From the human T2T-CHM13v2.0 reference genome, Homo sapiens: 64,000 bases of DNA. Under the pieces are notes generated by a model, which did not search any database, was not told where the DNA came from, and saw nothing but the letters and a program-made list of their open reading frames with translations. The stretch lies in the NCBI RefSeq assembly GCF_009914755.1, contig NC_060930.1. One strand, 5' to 3'. Position numbers and translations under genes: made by a program. Positions within the stretch are counted from its first letter, which is position 1. Every line of letters begins with the position of its first letter. Below, in pieces: positions 14,332-35,884 of the stretch.

Positions 14332-14371
14332 AAGAATAATAAAGCTCTCTTTCAAAAGAAAAAATTATCTT

Positions 14372-14669
<298 letters not shown>

Positions 14670-15204
14670 TTAGATTTCAAATGTTTACTTACATTATTTA
14701 TATTTCTTAACTATGTAAAAATAGGGAACAATGCATGATATCCTTATGTTTATAGCTCTTACACAACTGTAATACTAGAACACATGTACATGTTAAATAA
14801 AAATTCAGAACCAATAAAAATAGAAATTAACAATATTTATCTGGCAGATTTTGTCAAAATTAAGCCACCCCTTGCAATGTGAATCCAGCAACAAGAACTA
14901 CAGTATCTGTTTTTTGCTACTGAGTTTGGCCTGCTGATGCTATAGCATGCCATGTAGTGAAATTTGTATTGGAACCACTGTGCAGACTTGTATACTGTGC
15001 ACCACAATTTCAGTTGGTCTTCACATGGTGTGACCATTTCAGTATATTAAAGCCATCTCTGTTCTTTCCTGATTTGTCTTCAACATTTTAAAGTCATGCT
15101 ACTTGGCACCATCACAGTTATAATCACAAATCTAAATAATGAAAGATGATCATTTGGATGATTCATAATGCGTGTCTAATAATTTGTTAGAAATGATCAA
15201 CAAA

Positions 15205-15529
<325 letters not shown>

Positions 15530-15913
15530 TTAAAGAATTCTTGAGGAGAAAAAGAGAACACCGAAGACTACTTTAAGGTTTGTGAAGGATCTGTGAACTC
15601 CTATTAAAGAAACCCTGGTTTTGGTGGTATCCGGTCTTTATTATTACCAATACTTTGGGTCATATAACTGTGTATTATAATAAATAATTTGGATCTATAG
15701 TTGGCAGAGAATGGAATAGAAAGGTTAAACTATCGAAGGCTGAGTGTTAGCCACTTCCTTAAAAAAATACAGGTTTCTTTCCTATATCAAATAAATATGT
15801 GACCCCAAAGTTGTCTGTGAGTTCAATTGTTTTTAGTCATTGACTCATCAGTTCCCGCTTCTATTCATTCAAATACCAGCTTTACAGAAATGCTTAGGTG
15901 AGCTGGGTAATAA

Positions 15914-16259
<346 letters not shown>

Positions 16260-17156
16260 AATTATTTATATTTTAAATGGCATTTTCTGGAGTGCTTGTA
16301 GGTGCTTCAGGTCTTTTAAGTATTTTAGACAATCTTGTTCACACCATTAGCTTGTATGAGCAAAGGATTTCTAGACTGATTTCAAGTGCAGCCCAGCTTC
16401 TGGAATCAGTGTGTGGGGGCACCAGAGAAACAGCCTCAGAAGTTTGAGATAAGATTAGCTTCCGTGAGTGCCTTCAAGGAGCATAAACATGTACAAGATA
16501 AGATCAGCATCTTTAGCAGGAACATCTCAGCTTCCCGGGCTCTTGGGTACCTTGGGAGTTAGCAGTCACCTGGAATTGTAAATGAATCAACTGCTGTTCA
16601 TCAATCTCTTGTGAATCTGATGAGTGTGGGAGTCAGTTGAACTCAGGATGAATGGAGTAGCTGAGCTGAAGAGCAGGCCTTCATCTGTGGTGGTGTCGCC
16701 AAGGGAAGGGTACAGCGACAGCATGAGGGTCCTTTGGCCTCCCTCCCTTCCTGTTACCTCTGTCCTGTAACTGCAGTGGGTCTATTGAAATAATTTGAAA
16801 TTCTGAAGTGGGTGGGAGACCCCTTACTTACTGATATCTCATAATGCTTTGGCATTCTTCCATGAGGGAAACTGTGATTTTGCTCCAGACTGGTCAGGTC
16901 TCCCATTATTGCCTTTGTTATATACAGTTGCCTTGACAGTTTCTTTCACAGACCCTCTCAAAATGTATAGTTAGATAAATTGTTGTGGCTCCTTCAATAC
17001 TGTCCCCATGAAGGGAAGGTCTAGGCTTCTATCTTGTGCCCAGTGTCACATCATTGCATCTCCAGTGCAGAAATAGTACCTGACTCAGAGTAGGTGATCA
17101 TGCAGCTAAAAAATGCAAATTCCTTTAACACTTACAGTTAAGCAATTGAGATCTAA

Positions 17157-17487
<331 letters not shown>

Positions 17488-17970
17488 TAAAAAAAAAAAA
17501 TTGAATAATTGAAAACATTTTCTAATCTTCTAGTTTGCTACTGTGTCAACTCTCAAAGTGTTCTCCATACATGCTAAACTATACTAAATAATTTAGAAAG
17601 ATCATTTATAAAATTAGTTGTTGTTTAGAATTAAGATTTTTTTTCAGTCTTTCTTTCCTTCACCACCTTTTCGATGTTTTAACTTCTCTCCAGTAATTTA
17701 AGCTCTTCATGAGGCCAACATTTCCTGTATTTTCAATTGGCTTTGTGGATCCTTCATAATGCATCATCAGGAGAAAGAGAATTCAGAGAAAGAATCAGTT
17801 CTCCACCTGGAGGTAGGGACTACTTACACATTAAAGAGGATATTATAGAAGCAGATGCAGCAAAAGATGAACCCACATGTAGTTCCCTCTGATCCCACCA
17901 TGGTCATGGATTTTCAGATTACCTGGTGCCATAGTGGAGCTTAAGGATGCTTCTTTTGAAATATTAATTT

Positions 17971-18274
<304 letters not shown>

Positions 18275-18891
18275 TTAATTTAGATATAAATTCCAGAGCA
18301 TCATGACACCAACAAATCATCCTTTTCATGGTCTTTGTTGTTTACCAGGGAGAATTCCACGAAAAGAAGGCAGGATAAACTATTGCAGACAGAGAGAAAG
18401 GTTCAGAGTTCATGAGGCTAGATGAACTCTGCTACCAGAGATCTCAGGAGATTAGATAAAAGGTGCAAGATCAGAACCCAGGGAGTATAATAACTCTTCC
18501 AACTTGCTCTAACAAAGAACAGTTTTCCTACATGTCACCCTCCCCCAGCCCCACCCCAGCAGCCACTGCCTACAAGCTCCTCCGGGCTGGAGTGTAACTT
18601 ATTTTTCCTTGTGCCCTAACACCTAACATCTGTTGACCCCCAAACCCATTCTCTTGTCACTACACTTGGATGATAGAAGGACATTAATTCAGGGATAACA
18701 CATTTTCATAAGTAAAATTATTCTCAGGAAATAAATATAGGTCCAATAACAGGTTGGAAAACATTTTCTCTCTTTAAGTATAGTCTTAAAATTAAATAGG
18801 AGGCAGAAATTATGTTATGGTATATATTCATTTGGTAAACAACAAACTGGATTGAATAGCTTTACAAAACTTTTTAAAAGTATGTGTTTTT

Positions 18892-18919
18892 GGCTGGGCG
18901 CAGTGGCTCAAAAAAAAAA
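18892..18919 (+). mobile_element. Collapsed Alu remnant (19-nt head plus poly-A) between 16-bp TSDs
   Basis: aaaagtatgtgttttt-GGCTGGGCGCAGTGGCTCA-aaaaa-aaaagtatgtgttttt. Confidence 0.88.
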
Positions 18920-19031
18920 GTATGTGTTTTTTGGTTTTGTTTTTGTGGACAGGGACTCTTGCATTCACTACATATATTACTTAGATAGTACAGAAGTTCA
19001 CTGAGGTTTAAGTCTGTGCCTTGATCTGTAA

Positions 19032-20010
<979 letters not shown>

Positions 20011-21046
20011 TGGATTCCTTCCTTACCATCAATAATGTACAACTGAATCTTAATGGTAGTCATTCAACCTATCTGATGTAGCTATCCTCCTTCAAGTCAA
20101 AAGGCCTAGGCAGCCACAGCTAGAAAGTTTTCTGTAAACATCAAGTTACAACCACCATCAAAACTCTTACAGGAGTTTATCTAGTAATTGGTGCACAAAG
20201 TGTGACTATAAAGTTGTAGAAAAGATTTCACAAGCGCATGCAAAAATGTGCCTGATTCCAGCCATACCTTGAATGCAGAGATGGAGTTTTTGTAGTAGAT
20301 TTATAAGAATGATGGAATTGTAGTCAGTTGCAGATGGCAAGGCCCATACAAACCATCTTATTCAATCCACTTTATTTAGAGATGATAGAAATTCAGGCTA
20401 AAGGAGGTAAAGTGACTTGCCCCAGGACACAGAGACAATAAAGAGCAAAACTTGAAAGAGTTGCAGAAGATTATATCAACTGTCATGTGAAGTTCAGGCC
20501 CTGTTGTTTATGTCCTGCTGACAATCCTGAAGGGATCAACTGTGCACCAGCTGCCACCACAAAAAACCTATGTGTAGCCAAAGACTTCGCTCAAAGTACA
20601 GACCAAAGACAGCAGTCATGAGAGATGGGCTGGTGGTTAGAAAAATGATCAGAGTTGTTCTTAGCTCTCTGGAATCTCTGGAAAGCCAACTTCATATCAG
20701 AACTCGAACTGGGCCATATGTGCAGGTCAAGCTGGTGGCTAGCAGGGTGCTCTGAGGACACATGAAAGGTCAGCGCCCCTTGCTCAGCCAAATGCACAGA
20801 CCCTGTTCATTGCAAAAATCTTGATGTTTTGCTTTCAGATTATTTCATGAAAACTGTTTATCATAGGCAGAAGCATTGGTTTGAAGAATACTGGGAGCAA
20901 AAGTGATGCTATCGAAGGTGTGAATCCAGGTCCACGACTAGGAGTTTGAAACATCTGGAAGCACCATTACAATTCTGACTTAGGTAAAGACTGCTCAGTG
21001 AGCAAATAGAGTCTGAAAAAGCAAAGTGCCTAATATGGATCATACT

Positions 21047-21587
<541 letters not shown>

Positions 21588-22029
21588 TCACCCTTCTTTC
21601 CAGTATCCTCTGTTTATTACAAGGCTCTTTTAATTTCTGGAATGTACAAGTGAGGTCAGCATCACTGGAATTTTGAGGTGTGAATAGACCTATAGTCCAC
21701 CCTCTGAAAGGGAGCGAAACTAGAATGGGCCATGCCCCTGAGATTAGCTATCTAGAGAAATAGCTCAAGAGTCTGTCAATACAGGTATGGCTGGGACAAC
21801 AGGAGGCACCTATTTCTAATCAATGGCTGGGCTGTGAGCTTGGGGAGGCACTCTGGTTGACAACAGAGGAATGAAACTGCTTTCAAAAAGGTGCAAAGCA
21901 GCAATCAATGATCAGAATGTTAGCTACGAAAGCTGAAGTCCAGTGAGATATCTGAAGAAAGAGGCGTTAACCAAAGGCAGATGGTCAGCATGGAACCCAT
22001 GTTAAGTGGAATTGAAAGAGCAAGACTTT

Positions 22030-22696
<667 letters not shown>

Positions 22697-23987
22697 TTAA
22701 TTATTAATTAATTCAATTGGTTAAGAATCCTTCCCTTCCCTCCCTAAAACATAAAATGTAAGCTGTAAAAAAAGAGGTCTTTAGTGATGGCTTTTGGCTG
22801 GCATCAATTACACTGCATTCTTTACTTAACACAGCACTGTGTCTAATGACTCAGAAACAGAAAAACAGTATACCATTGGGGGAAGTAAAAGAAGGAAGAA
22901 AGGAGAGACCATACTTGCTGAATGACTGTAGGAGCCTTAGAGTATGCCATTGGCTTTCATATACATTGTCTTATTGAATCTCAACGTCAACTCTGCTCAA
23001 ATGGTGTTACTATCTGAGGCCCAGAGAGGGTAAGTGATTTGACTGAAGTCACTCAGTTCCCAGGTGGCACAGCTGGGGTTTCAGGTGAAATCGACCTGAC
23101 TTCAACACTGTAAGGCTTTCTATTCTTGTTTATTGCTTTTAAAAGACAGTAGAGTAGAGTAGGACTTTGGACAGAAGTTAAGCTTTTCCAAGCAAGGGTT
23201 GTGTTTTGTTTCTCCAAATCTAGAGAAACTGCTCCCAAATTCTTTAACCTTTCATCCCTCTTTTCTCCACTTTAAGGACAGGACATAATAATCAGCACTA
23301 TCCTAGATGGAAAGGTGAAAAATACTCTTCTTTCCATTCTCTCTTTCCAACTTTGAATGAAATAACAGCTTTTCAAAACATATAATTAAGGAATCTTAAC
23401 ACAAAAATAAAACAAGACAAACTACAAAAGAAGAGGAGCAATGGATAATGGTTTCAGTGAATCCTGGGGGATGCAAATTTTCTTAGCGCTTCCTGGTAGC
23501 CAAGGCAAAGGGAGAAATATGTTGTATTATGTAGCTTTCAGTGTCCAATAAGGAAAGGACTACTAGTTTATTAGGAAAGATAAATGATTTTTTTTACTCG
23601 TAGCTGAGAGAAATTCGTCATGTGAGTTATCCTAGAAGGGCATTGAATGACATAAGTGAAAAAGTACTGGAGAACAGTTTTAATGTTACAAAAAAAAATT
23701 TTTTTTTTGGCTTGCTACAATGTCCCTTTGATGAACAACTCTAGTAGAGGGATAGATTTTTATGTTCTAGTTGCTTATTCACTGTGAAACAATAACTTTC
23801 CATATGTTGACCAAGGAAAATCTTCCCCTGAAGGTCTTCAATTGCTTCCTCCCATATTTCACCCAGGCTATTTCTGCCATAAGTTTTTTTTTTAAGTGTA
23901 GGTCTCTTTATTCTTGTCCTGCCACATTTTAGATAGAAAATTACTGTGAAGATGTTCTGTGCTGGTTTCTTGTGCTTTGTTTAAAAT

Positions 23988-24143
23988 ACACACACACACA
24001 TACACCACACCATACACACACACACCCCACACCATACACACACACACACCCCACACCATACACACACACACACCCCACATACCAAACACACACACACACA
24101 CACACCCCACATACCAAACACACACACACACACACACACACAC
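23988..24143. repeat. Compound (CA)n repeat with a higher-order (ca)n-ccccac-a(c/t)-cata unit
   Basis: Visible directly. Confidence 0.95.
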
Positions 24144-24304
24144 AGAGCACGTATAGTTTTTTTCCATGGAGAGGAGGGAGAGGAGGTTTTCATAATGTTT
24201 CACACTTTAAAAAAATCTCCTCCAATACCTACTTACAAAACAGCCATAGTGCAAGTCATCTTAGTGTTAGCCATTAAACCTTATCTCTTACATCTGACCT
24301 ATGA

Positions 24305-24820
<516 letters not shown>

Positions 24821-26270
24821 TAGAATTATAAAGTATTTATAGTTATTTTTTTCAAATTTCTTCTATTAATAACAAATAACAACTCTTCAGTTGCATTTCT
24901 ACACATACTTCCTTTAAGGACAGCTTCTGCATCCATAGGTTTGTGTATCTCTAGCATTATACAGGTGCATAACTTTTTTTTCTGGCTTGTAGAGTAAACT
25001 TTACCAAAGTTTCTCAAACCAAAGAGGAGATTATATTGTAATAGTACAAATTAGTTTACAGCTGATTGTAACAAATTTTTTATGATTGTGATGAAAGTGG
25101 TTGATATAAATACAAATTATAGAGGAGTGAAATTTTGTTCCTTTGCAGGAAAATAACTTTCACGGAAAATACAAGAAAATATTTTTTTAAAGGGGACAAA
25201 AATTGCCCAGCTTCCCTGAGTTTGACAGTTTAGCATTTTTTCTTTCAGAATTTTTCAGAAGGACTTTCCAAGGACTCCAGAGGGAGTTGGGGGCTGGAGG
25301 AGAAATACATATATCTCTCTCCAGCAGCATTGCTTGCAAGGTCATGTACCTTGAACTTGCATTTGACTGAAATTGCTCTGTGGGTTGCTTCTAACTCCCT
25401 GGGCTATAGGCAGCTGCCATTATAAATGCCAATAAGATAAGTCCACCACCAAGTTATCACAACTGGGTGGTCTTTAGTATGGGAAAGAGCCTCAGCTGTT
25501 AACAAGCTGTGAAGAAACCATTTGGGCAAAACATACCACCTTAAAATATGGCACTTTGCTGTCGGCTCTAAGGGACCTCTCCTTCCCTCTCTAAATATTT
25601 TCTTGTTTCCCCATCCCCTGGCTAAGAACCTTTATTTAAAGCTATTGAGCTTTCCCTTTCTAATTATCTATGCAGTATAATTATTTTTTTCATAGTACGC
25701 TTTTTAAGAGGAAGGGAAGCATGGTGGAGTTGTAATCCTGGAAGAGCAGAATTCCATTCGCATCGCCTCTTAAGAGTCCCTAGCTTTGGCGGGGTCCCTT
25801 TTTCTGGCCCACAGCTCTCAAGTGCCCCAGCTCCCTTGGCAGCCTTGTGTTAGCCTGAAGTTGGAGAATTCTGGCAAAAGGCGGTTTGCAATATGTACTG
25901 TAATGAAAGCCCAGCTGTTGGGGTCTGGAGGCTGAGCTGTGAAGACACCGCTCTGCTGGTGTTCTTGCCTGGCTTGAAGAATTGTCCTTCACGGATCCCC
26001 AAGGCAGCACTGGGAGAAGGAAACTATTTTTCAAGATGCATGCGCATATCAAATACGACTTCCTGGAGGCTCCTTCTAAGCCACTTCTGCATTTCAAAGA
26101 GGGTTTATTTATCCCATTAGTTAAGTCATCACGTTTAAGGCAAAAGAGGCTTTTTACAGGTGCCTTTAGAAAGGACTTTCTATACATTCCCCTGTGTTGA
26201 GCTGACAATGAAGTTCCCACATTGGTTGCTATGCTAATTTAAAATATGTTTTGTTGCTCTTAGGAGATAA

Positions 26271-27648
<1,378 letters not shown>

Positions 27649-27987
27649 AATATTAAGCTTATTTTGTGCCATTGTGATAGTTTCCTAGTTAGCTCTATAC
27701 CTCCAGTTCCCATTTATCCAATTCTTCCTACACACTAGAGCCAAAGTGTTCTTTCTAACTTAAAAATGCTATCATGTTGCTCCTTATTCCTGAGCTTAAA
27801 ATTCTTCAAGGATCCACAGAAGGTGATGCCACCTTTTTAGCGTGGCAGAAAAATCCTTCATGCCCTGGTCCCTGACAATCTCTCCAACTTTACTCTCCCA
27901 CAAGGAGCATGCTTCCTAAAGAGCAATAGAGAGCCAACATGTATAAGTACTAATTACTAAGTACCAAGAACAGGGCTAAATGCTTTA

Positions 27988-28520
<533 letters not shown>

Positions 28521-29396
28521 TCTTCTGCTGAATTGCTAGCTGTTTCTGAACACCCTGTTCATTCTCTCTTATGACTTATGTCTTTACACATGCTGTTCCC
28601 ATTTCCTGGAAAGATCAATCACATTTGTTCAACTGCTGGCTCTTTCTCCACCCTAACATCTCCACTCAGTTGTTAATTTCTCCAGAAGCCTTTCCAGCTC
28701 TCCAAGGCAGTGTTAGGACACAATGCTCTGCAACCATACAGCCAAATGCTGTGTGCAATCAAGCTGTTATTTGCTTGCCTTGGGTTTGCTTACATCTTAC
28801 ATATCTAGTTCTGTGACTGGACTGTGGGCCGTTTGAGGGCAAGGAATTTTATTTTTATATCCCTAATGCTGATGTCAGTGTCTAATACATGATTAGTTGA
28901 GGCTCAATAAATTCTTGTTGAATGGTATGAATGTAAGAATGAATTGATAGGAGCTGGGGAAATATAATGTGCACATGATTTGCTTATTTTTAATAGAATC
29001 TTGTCTATTCTCTGGTGCAAAAATTTCCCATCTGTGGTTTTTACATCCCTCAGGGTCCTTGAAGATTGTAATAGCTCCTTGAGTTATTTTCAATATTTCA
29101 AAAGGCTAACAGAAACCATTACATTTACTTACAATAAGTCCCTAGAGGCTAAATAAAATGTCAAGTTTCTTTGCTCTTGGCTAAAATCATATCAACTTGT
29201 TGTGGTAACAACAATCTCTGGTAACAGAGATTCTCTCCTAATGATCAGAAACTCTGACTGGCAGGAAGGGCTAGGTGTGATTAATAACACAATAAGAAAA
29301 TAAGTGATCTGTTACTTAAATACTGCTTGTTTAGTGGAAGAAATTCTTCAAAGATTAGAATTACAGGGAGAAAACTCCAAATAAAAGTAAAACCTG

Positions 29397-29668
29397 GCTG
29401 GGTGTGGTGGCTCACGCTTGTAATCTCAACACTTTGGGAGGTCGAGGCAGGCGGATCGCTTGAGCACAGGAGTTCAAGACCAGCCTTGGCAACAGAGTGG
29501 AACCTCATCTCTACAAAAAATACAAAAAATTAGCTGGGCACGGTGGTGGTTTACGTGTATAGTCTCAACTACTCAGGAGGCTGAGATCGATTGAGCTGGG
29601 CAGGTTGAGACTAGAGTGAACCTAGATGGCAACAGAGTGAGACTTTATCTCAAAAAAAAAAAAAAAAA
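29397..29668 (+). mobile_element. AluJ (internally deleted)
   Basis: Alu head, linker and tail. Confidence 0.85.
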
Positions 29669-30737
29669 GTGGATCTTTCATGATACAAGTATGGGTAAGT
29701 TTCCATCTTAATTAATGGACTAATGTAGCCCGCAATCTCCTAATCTGCACAGAAGCCCCTTTTCAAAAAGCCAAGGAAATTATTTTATGATTGGGCAAAT
29801 ATGGCTTTTCTATTGAACATTTTTTTTAAAAAAACTTCTCTATTGACAATTGTATGTAAGGGTGATCTGGGTTCTTTTTCTGCTATCCATTGATGATTAG
29901 GTTTAATATGGCTTATTGAGTTGGATTTATGTTCTTTCAAAAATTTCATTGTTACTTTCTTTCCAAAAAAAAGAAAAAGGAAAAGATAAGAGAGCAAAGG
30001 AGACAAACAGGTTTTTCTCATTCCTCCCTATGGCTTCTGGCCTATGTATTTTAATTATTAAAACTCTCAGCAGGTTACTTTATTGAAATAAATTCCAAAT
30101 CTCCAATTTGTCACATTTTTCACTGACTTGGTCTGGAATACACCATCACTATTATAAATTATTTCATCCCTGTCAGTGAAGGCAAAAGGTCCTTCATTAG
30201 TAGTTTGGCTCTGTCACAAGCCTTTCTGCGGGTTCATTTGGTCTCATGATTTATTGTAAAATTTATAGTGTGTAAACATTGCCATAACCTTTGGGGTAGT
30301 AAACTCATCAAACCTTTTGTAATATCTCCTCTCATTCCCTTGTATTGTTTGGCCAATACAATCTTCCTAGGATTGTAAATATTCTTCCATTTCTTGCTTA
30401 CCATCATTCATAGATCAGACTACTCTTTTCTTCATTTCTAGACCCTGAAACATCATAGTCATCAAGCTTCATAGAAGACAGCAATCAGGCTCTGATATCT
30501 GTAGTGCCAAATTCAATTCCATCTGAAGTGCAGCCATTATCTCCTCCCTCAAGTTCATCCTCCGGAGAAGCTGGAGTTATCTGTTCAAAAGGGAGATTGG
30601 ATCCCGTTCGTCTCCTGATTAGAAATCTTTAAGGGATCCTCATTGCTGACATTATCAACTCCAAATATTAAGTTGATTGCCCAAAGTTGAAGAATTCTGG
30701 CTATTCGAGGCCCTTGACAATTTGTCTTCAAGGCTAA

Positions 30738-31615
<878 letters not shown>

Positions 31616-32388
31616 AGGAGCACTGTTAATAAGTACAAATGCTTCATGCTAGTCTCATAAATTGTCTTGGGTTCCATGAGGGTGTCTGCCATCATCATCC
31701 CTCTGCCATGTCCACCTGGAAAATCCCTCTTCACCTTTCAGGATTCTCTTATGCATAATTCTTCAGAGAAGCTTCCCTTAATTCTCTCTAGATGAGATTA
31801 GGAGCTGTTTCTGGGGTGCTGGCTGCTCTAAGCATACCTTGTTTTGTATTACACCAATTTGCTTATTTTCCTGCCTTGCACAGCTAGGATTGGAGCTCCA
31901 TGAGGCAATGACTACGTCTTATTCACCTCTGATTTCCAATTACTGTGTACTCTCTTAGTAAATGTCAATTGGATTAAGTATAACTTTGGAATTCCCATAG
32001 CTTTTAGGTGGAAAAGTCATTAATTTTTTTTTATAACATTTTCTTTTACTGTTTGTTTAACATACGTTTCTGGGATTAAAATTGTTTTTACGTTTTAATA
32101 AATGTTTACTATTTATTAAAATGAATACATCTGATACTACATATCAAATTATGATTGTATTTGAAATGTAACCGGGTATTTAGGGCTTTTGCACCATTTT
32201 TTCAAAGCCCCTGGATGGATAATCCTCTCACTAGCATTCCGCCTATGAAACAATTTTGAGGGGATGTCCAGGATCCACATTCTTTGAGGAGTGTTAATAC
32301 CACACAAAATATTTTGAGAATTTGGGAAAATTCTGTGTTCACATGTGACCCAACTGAAAAACCAAGTGAAATTTCTTGTTCTCCATCA

Positions 32389-32684
32389 TTTTTTTTTTTT
32401 TTCCGAGGCGGAGTCTCGCTCTGTCGCCCAGGCTGGAGTGCAGTGTTGCATCTCGGCTCACTGCAAGCTCCCGCTCCCAGGCTCACGCCATTCTCCTGCC
32501 TCAGACTCCGGAGTAGCTGGGACTACAGGCGCCCGCCACCACGCCCGGAGAATTTTTTGTGTTTTTAGTAGAGACGGGGTTTCACCGTGTTAGCCAGGAT
32601 GGTCTCAATCTCCTGACCTCGTGATCCACCCGCCTCAGCCTTCCAAAGTGCTGGGATTACAGGCGTGAGCCACCGCTCCCGGCC
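32389..32684 (-). mobile_element. AluY
   Basis: TSD ttgttctccatcatt. Confidence 0.93.
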
Positions 32685-33930
32685 CTTGTTCTCCATCATT
32701 ATTCTGAATCTCTTTGGCTGAGTTTCAGCCAGCCTTTCTAAGTCTTGAGCCCTTGAGAAAGAATGCTTGAAGTGGGATGAATGAGGAGTGTGACCTGTTT
32801 CCCATCAGAAGGGCGTGAAATGCTCCACAGGCTTTTAACATTTCTGGAAGTTAAGGAAGAACTTATGAATCACATCCATACATCTTTTCCCTGGAAAAAT
32901 ACACCTGCGTCATCTACTTCCTCCTCTCCTCTCAGCCAGGAAATGACACCCTTGGCATAGAGACACCGTAACAACAGGTCTGATGTGTAACCAGGCCCAG
33001 GAACAGGACCTTTAGAGAGCATGTGATGGACTTCTCCCATTGCCTCTTGCTGGCCTGTGGTTTCTCTCGTCCTCTAAGAACACTCCTGTTGGACGAGTGG
33101 GAAGAATGACTAACATCGGTCACAATCTTTGAGCACTTAATGCTGTGCATGTCACACTCTGACCTGCTGACAAATGTGGAATGAAAATAGAATGAAAGAG
33201 GACTTCGCAATTTTAGTAATGAATTACATCTGGTTGAAGTATTTAGAGTTCACAAACTTTGGCCCGAAGCTGAGAGTGAGGGGGTGGTGGGGGTGTGGTG
33301 GGGAAAGAGAATACATCAGAATAATGCACTCAGAGCATGAATACTGTCTTTAAAAGAAAGTTTTGTGACTTTAGTTTGTAATTGCTATAATGACAGCACC
33401 TTAGATTTTCAGGATGTTGCTTCTGCTCCTGTTCTGCACCGTCTTGTTCTTTTGTTCAGTTTATTCAGTAAACAGCTGGGAAGCACTCAGTGTGTCTAGG
33501 CCAATAGCAGAGGTACTGGGCAAACAGATGGGAGATAGGCCCCTGGCGTGGGAGCCCCTGTTCTGCTTTTCCAGACACCTGCTTTGTGACACTTCCATTC
33601 GGGGCCCTACCTCCGTGCAGGTGCTTCCAGTGCAGGGGATCCTGCCTGCCCTGGATATGTGATGAGCTACTTTGTCCCAAAGACTATAAGGAACAACTAG
33701 TTGGGTGATTAATAGTATGTTCTAGGTGCTGTACTAGACACTGCACAAATATTACTTCAGGCATGCAGGTAGAATAGGGTAATGACTGAGAAACTGGCTT
33801 CAGAGACCCACAGGCCCCAGCTCTGCCATCCGCAGTCTTAACCAGCACTCTTAGTACTCATCAGGACTCAATTAGCATGCTTACTAGTTGGGCCCTGTCT
33901 GTTTTAGTTTCCTCATTTAAAAATAATCTT

Positions 33931-34251
<321 letters not shown>

Positions 34252-34644
34252 TTACTTAGGTTGACAGGAGGATTAATGAAAGGAAATTATTCTTTTTTGG
34301 TTGATTCTCAAATCCATAGTTCATGCCAAAATTCATTTCTCCACCCCAACCAACCCCACATGCATTTACAAGATCTTTGGACATCCTGAATTATTTTGGA
34401 AATTTGGGGGACATTGTGTTGCTACCATGGGCAAAAGGTTCCTGGGAAGTTACTCCAAGTGTAGCTCAAGCAAGCAACAGGTCTTACCGAGCTGTCAAAC
34501 AACCTCCTCAACCAATGCACATCGTAATGCTGCCTTAGTATTTTTCAAAGATTTAAACATCTAACTGCAGTATGTAGATAACAAACAACTGAACACTGCT
34601 TACAGTAGCTATGCTTCATGTTGAGGTTGTTGAGAAGATGCTGT

Positions 34645-34851
34645 GGATATGGTGCTTGTAGGCTCCAGGTCATAGGTTCAAATGCAACCCAATCTGCAAC
34701 TATCATGGGATATTTGTCTCTGCAAAATCTGTGTCCTAAACTCAAAATCTAAGATACAGCTGGATGCATTTTGAAAAATGGCCACCACCTTTGACACTTT
34801 GTTGGGGTATTAGTAGAAAGACCAGTCATAGTGAGTTGGGACAGAATGAAC
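34645..34851 (+). mobile_element. Ancient tRNA-derived SINE, LF-SINE-like
   Basis: B-box-like ggttcaaatgc plus gacactttgttgg...agtagaaagacca resemble my recollection of the LF-SINE consensus; no alignment was run. Confidence 0.45.
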
Positions 34852-35378
34852 ATAAAATATTAATCTTAAAATAATAAAGGAGAAGTGTTCAAATTTTATT
34901 AGACTAAATCATCTTAAACACACACGGTGGGTTTTTTTGCTTTCATATTGCATATGCTAATAGTAAGTGTTCTACTTAGATGAACATATCAAGAATTGTG
35001 TATTTTTTATAATCTATCATTTTAGGAAATTAGTAATGTATTTTATTTATTTAAATTTTTTTGTAGTATTATTGCCAATTATTGTAAATTACAGCTTTAT
35101 ATGCTATAAGCCCAATCAGCAACAGCTTTATAATTTTTCCTTAATGCAGTTTTTTTAAAAACAAATGAGAGTTATAAGAAAAATTCACTCATATTGTCTA
35201 TATTTTTCTATGTAGTTACTTTTACGATTATCTTTATTTCTTCATATGGATTTATGTTACTGGCTAGTGTAATTTTGGCCTGAAAGACTCCCTTTAGTGG
35301 TTAGGGCAGATCTGCTAGAGATAAATTTTCTGCATTTGTTAATTTGAAAGTTTCTTAATTTCTGCTTTTTTTAATTTA

Positions 35379-35765
<387 letters not shown>

Positions 35766-35884
35766 TTATTGGTAAAGCTATGGCTACTACAGCTTGTAGG
35801 AGAGTTATCTGGACATAGAATTCTTGATTGACAAGAATTTTGGCTTCCATTGTTGTCGATGAGAAGCCAAGTATTAACCATTGT

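Noticed and set aside
20771-20790. CTCF-like motif (GAGCAAGGGGCGCTG on minus)
   Set aside because: Several core mismatches; cannot be supported without ChIP data.
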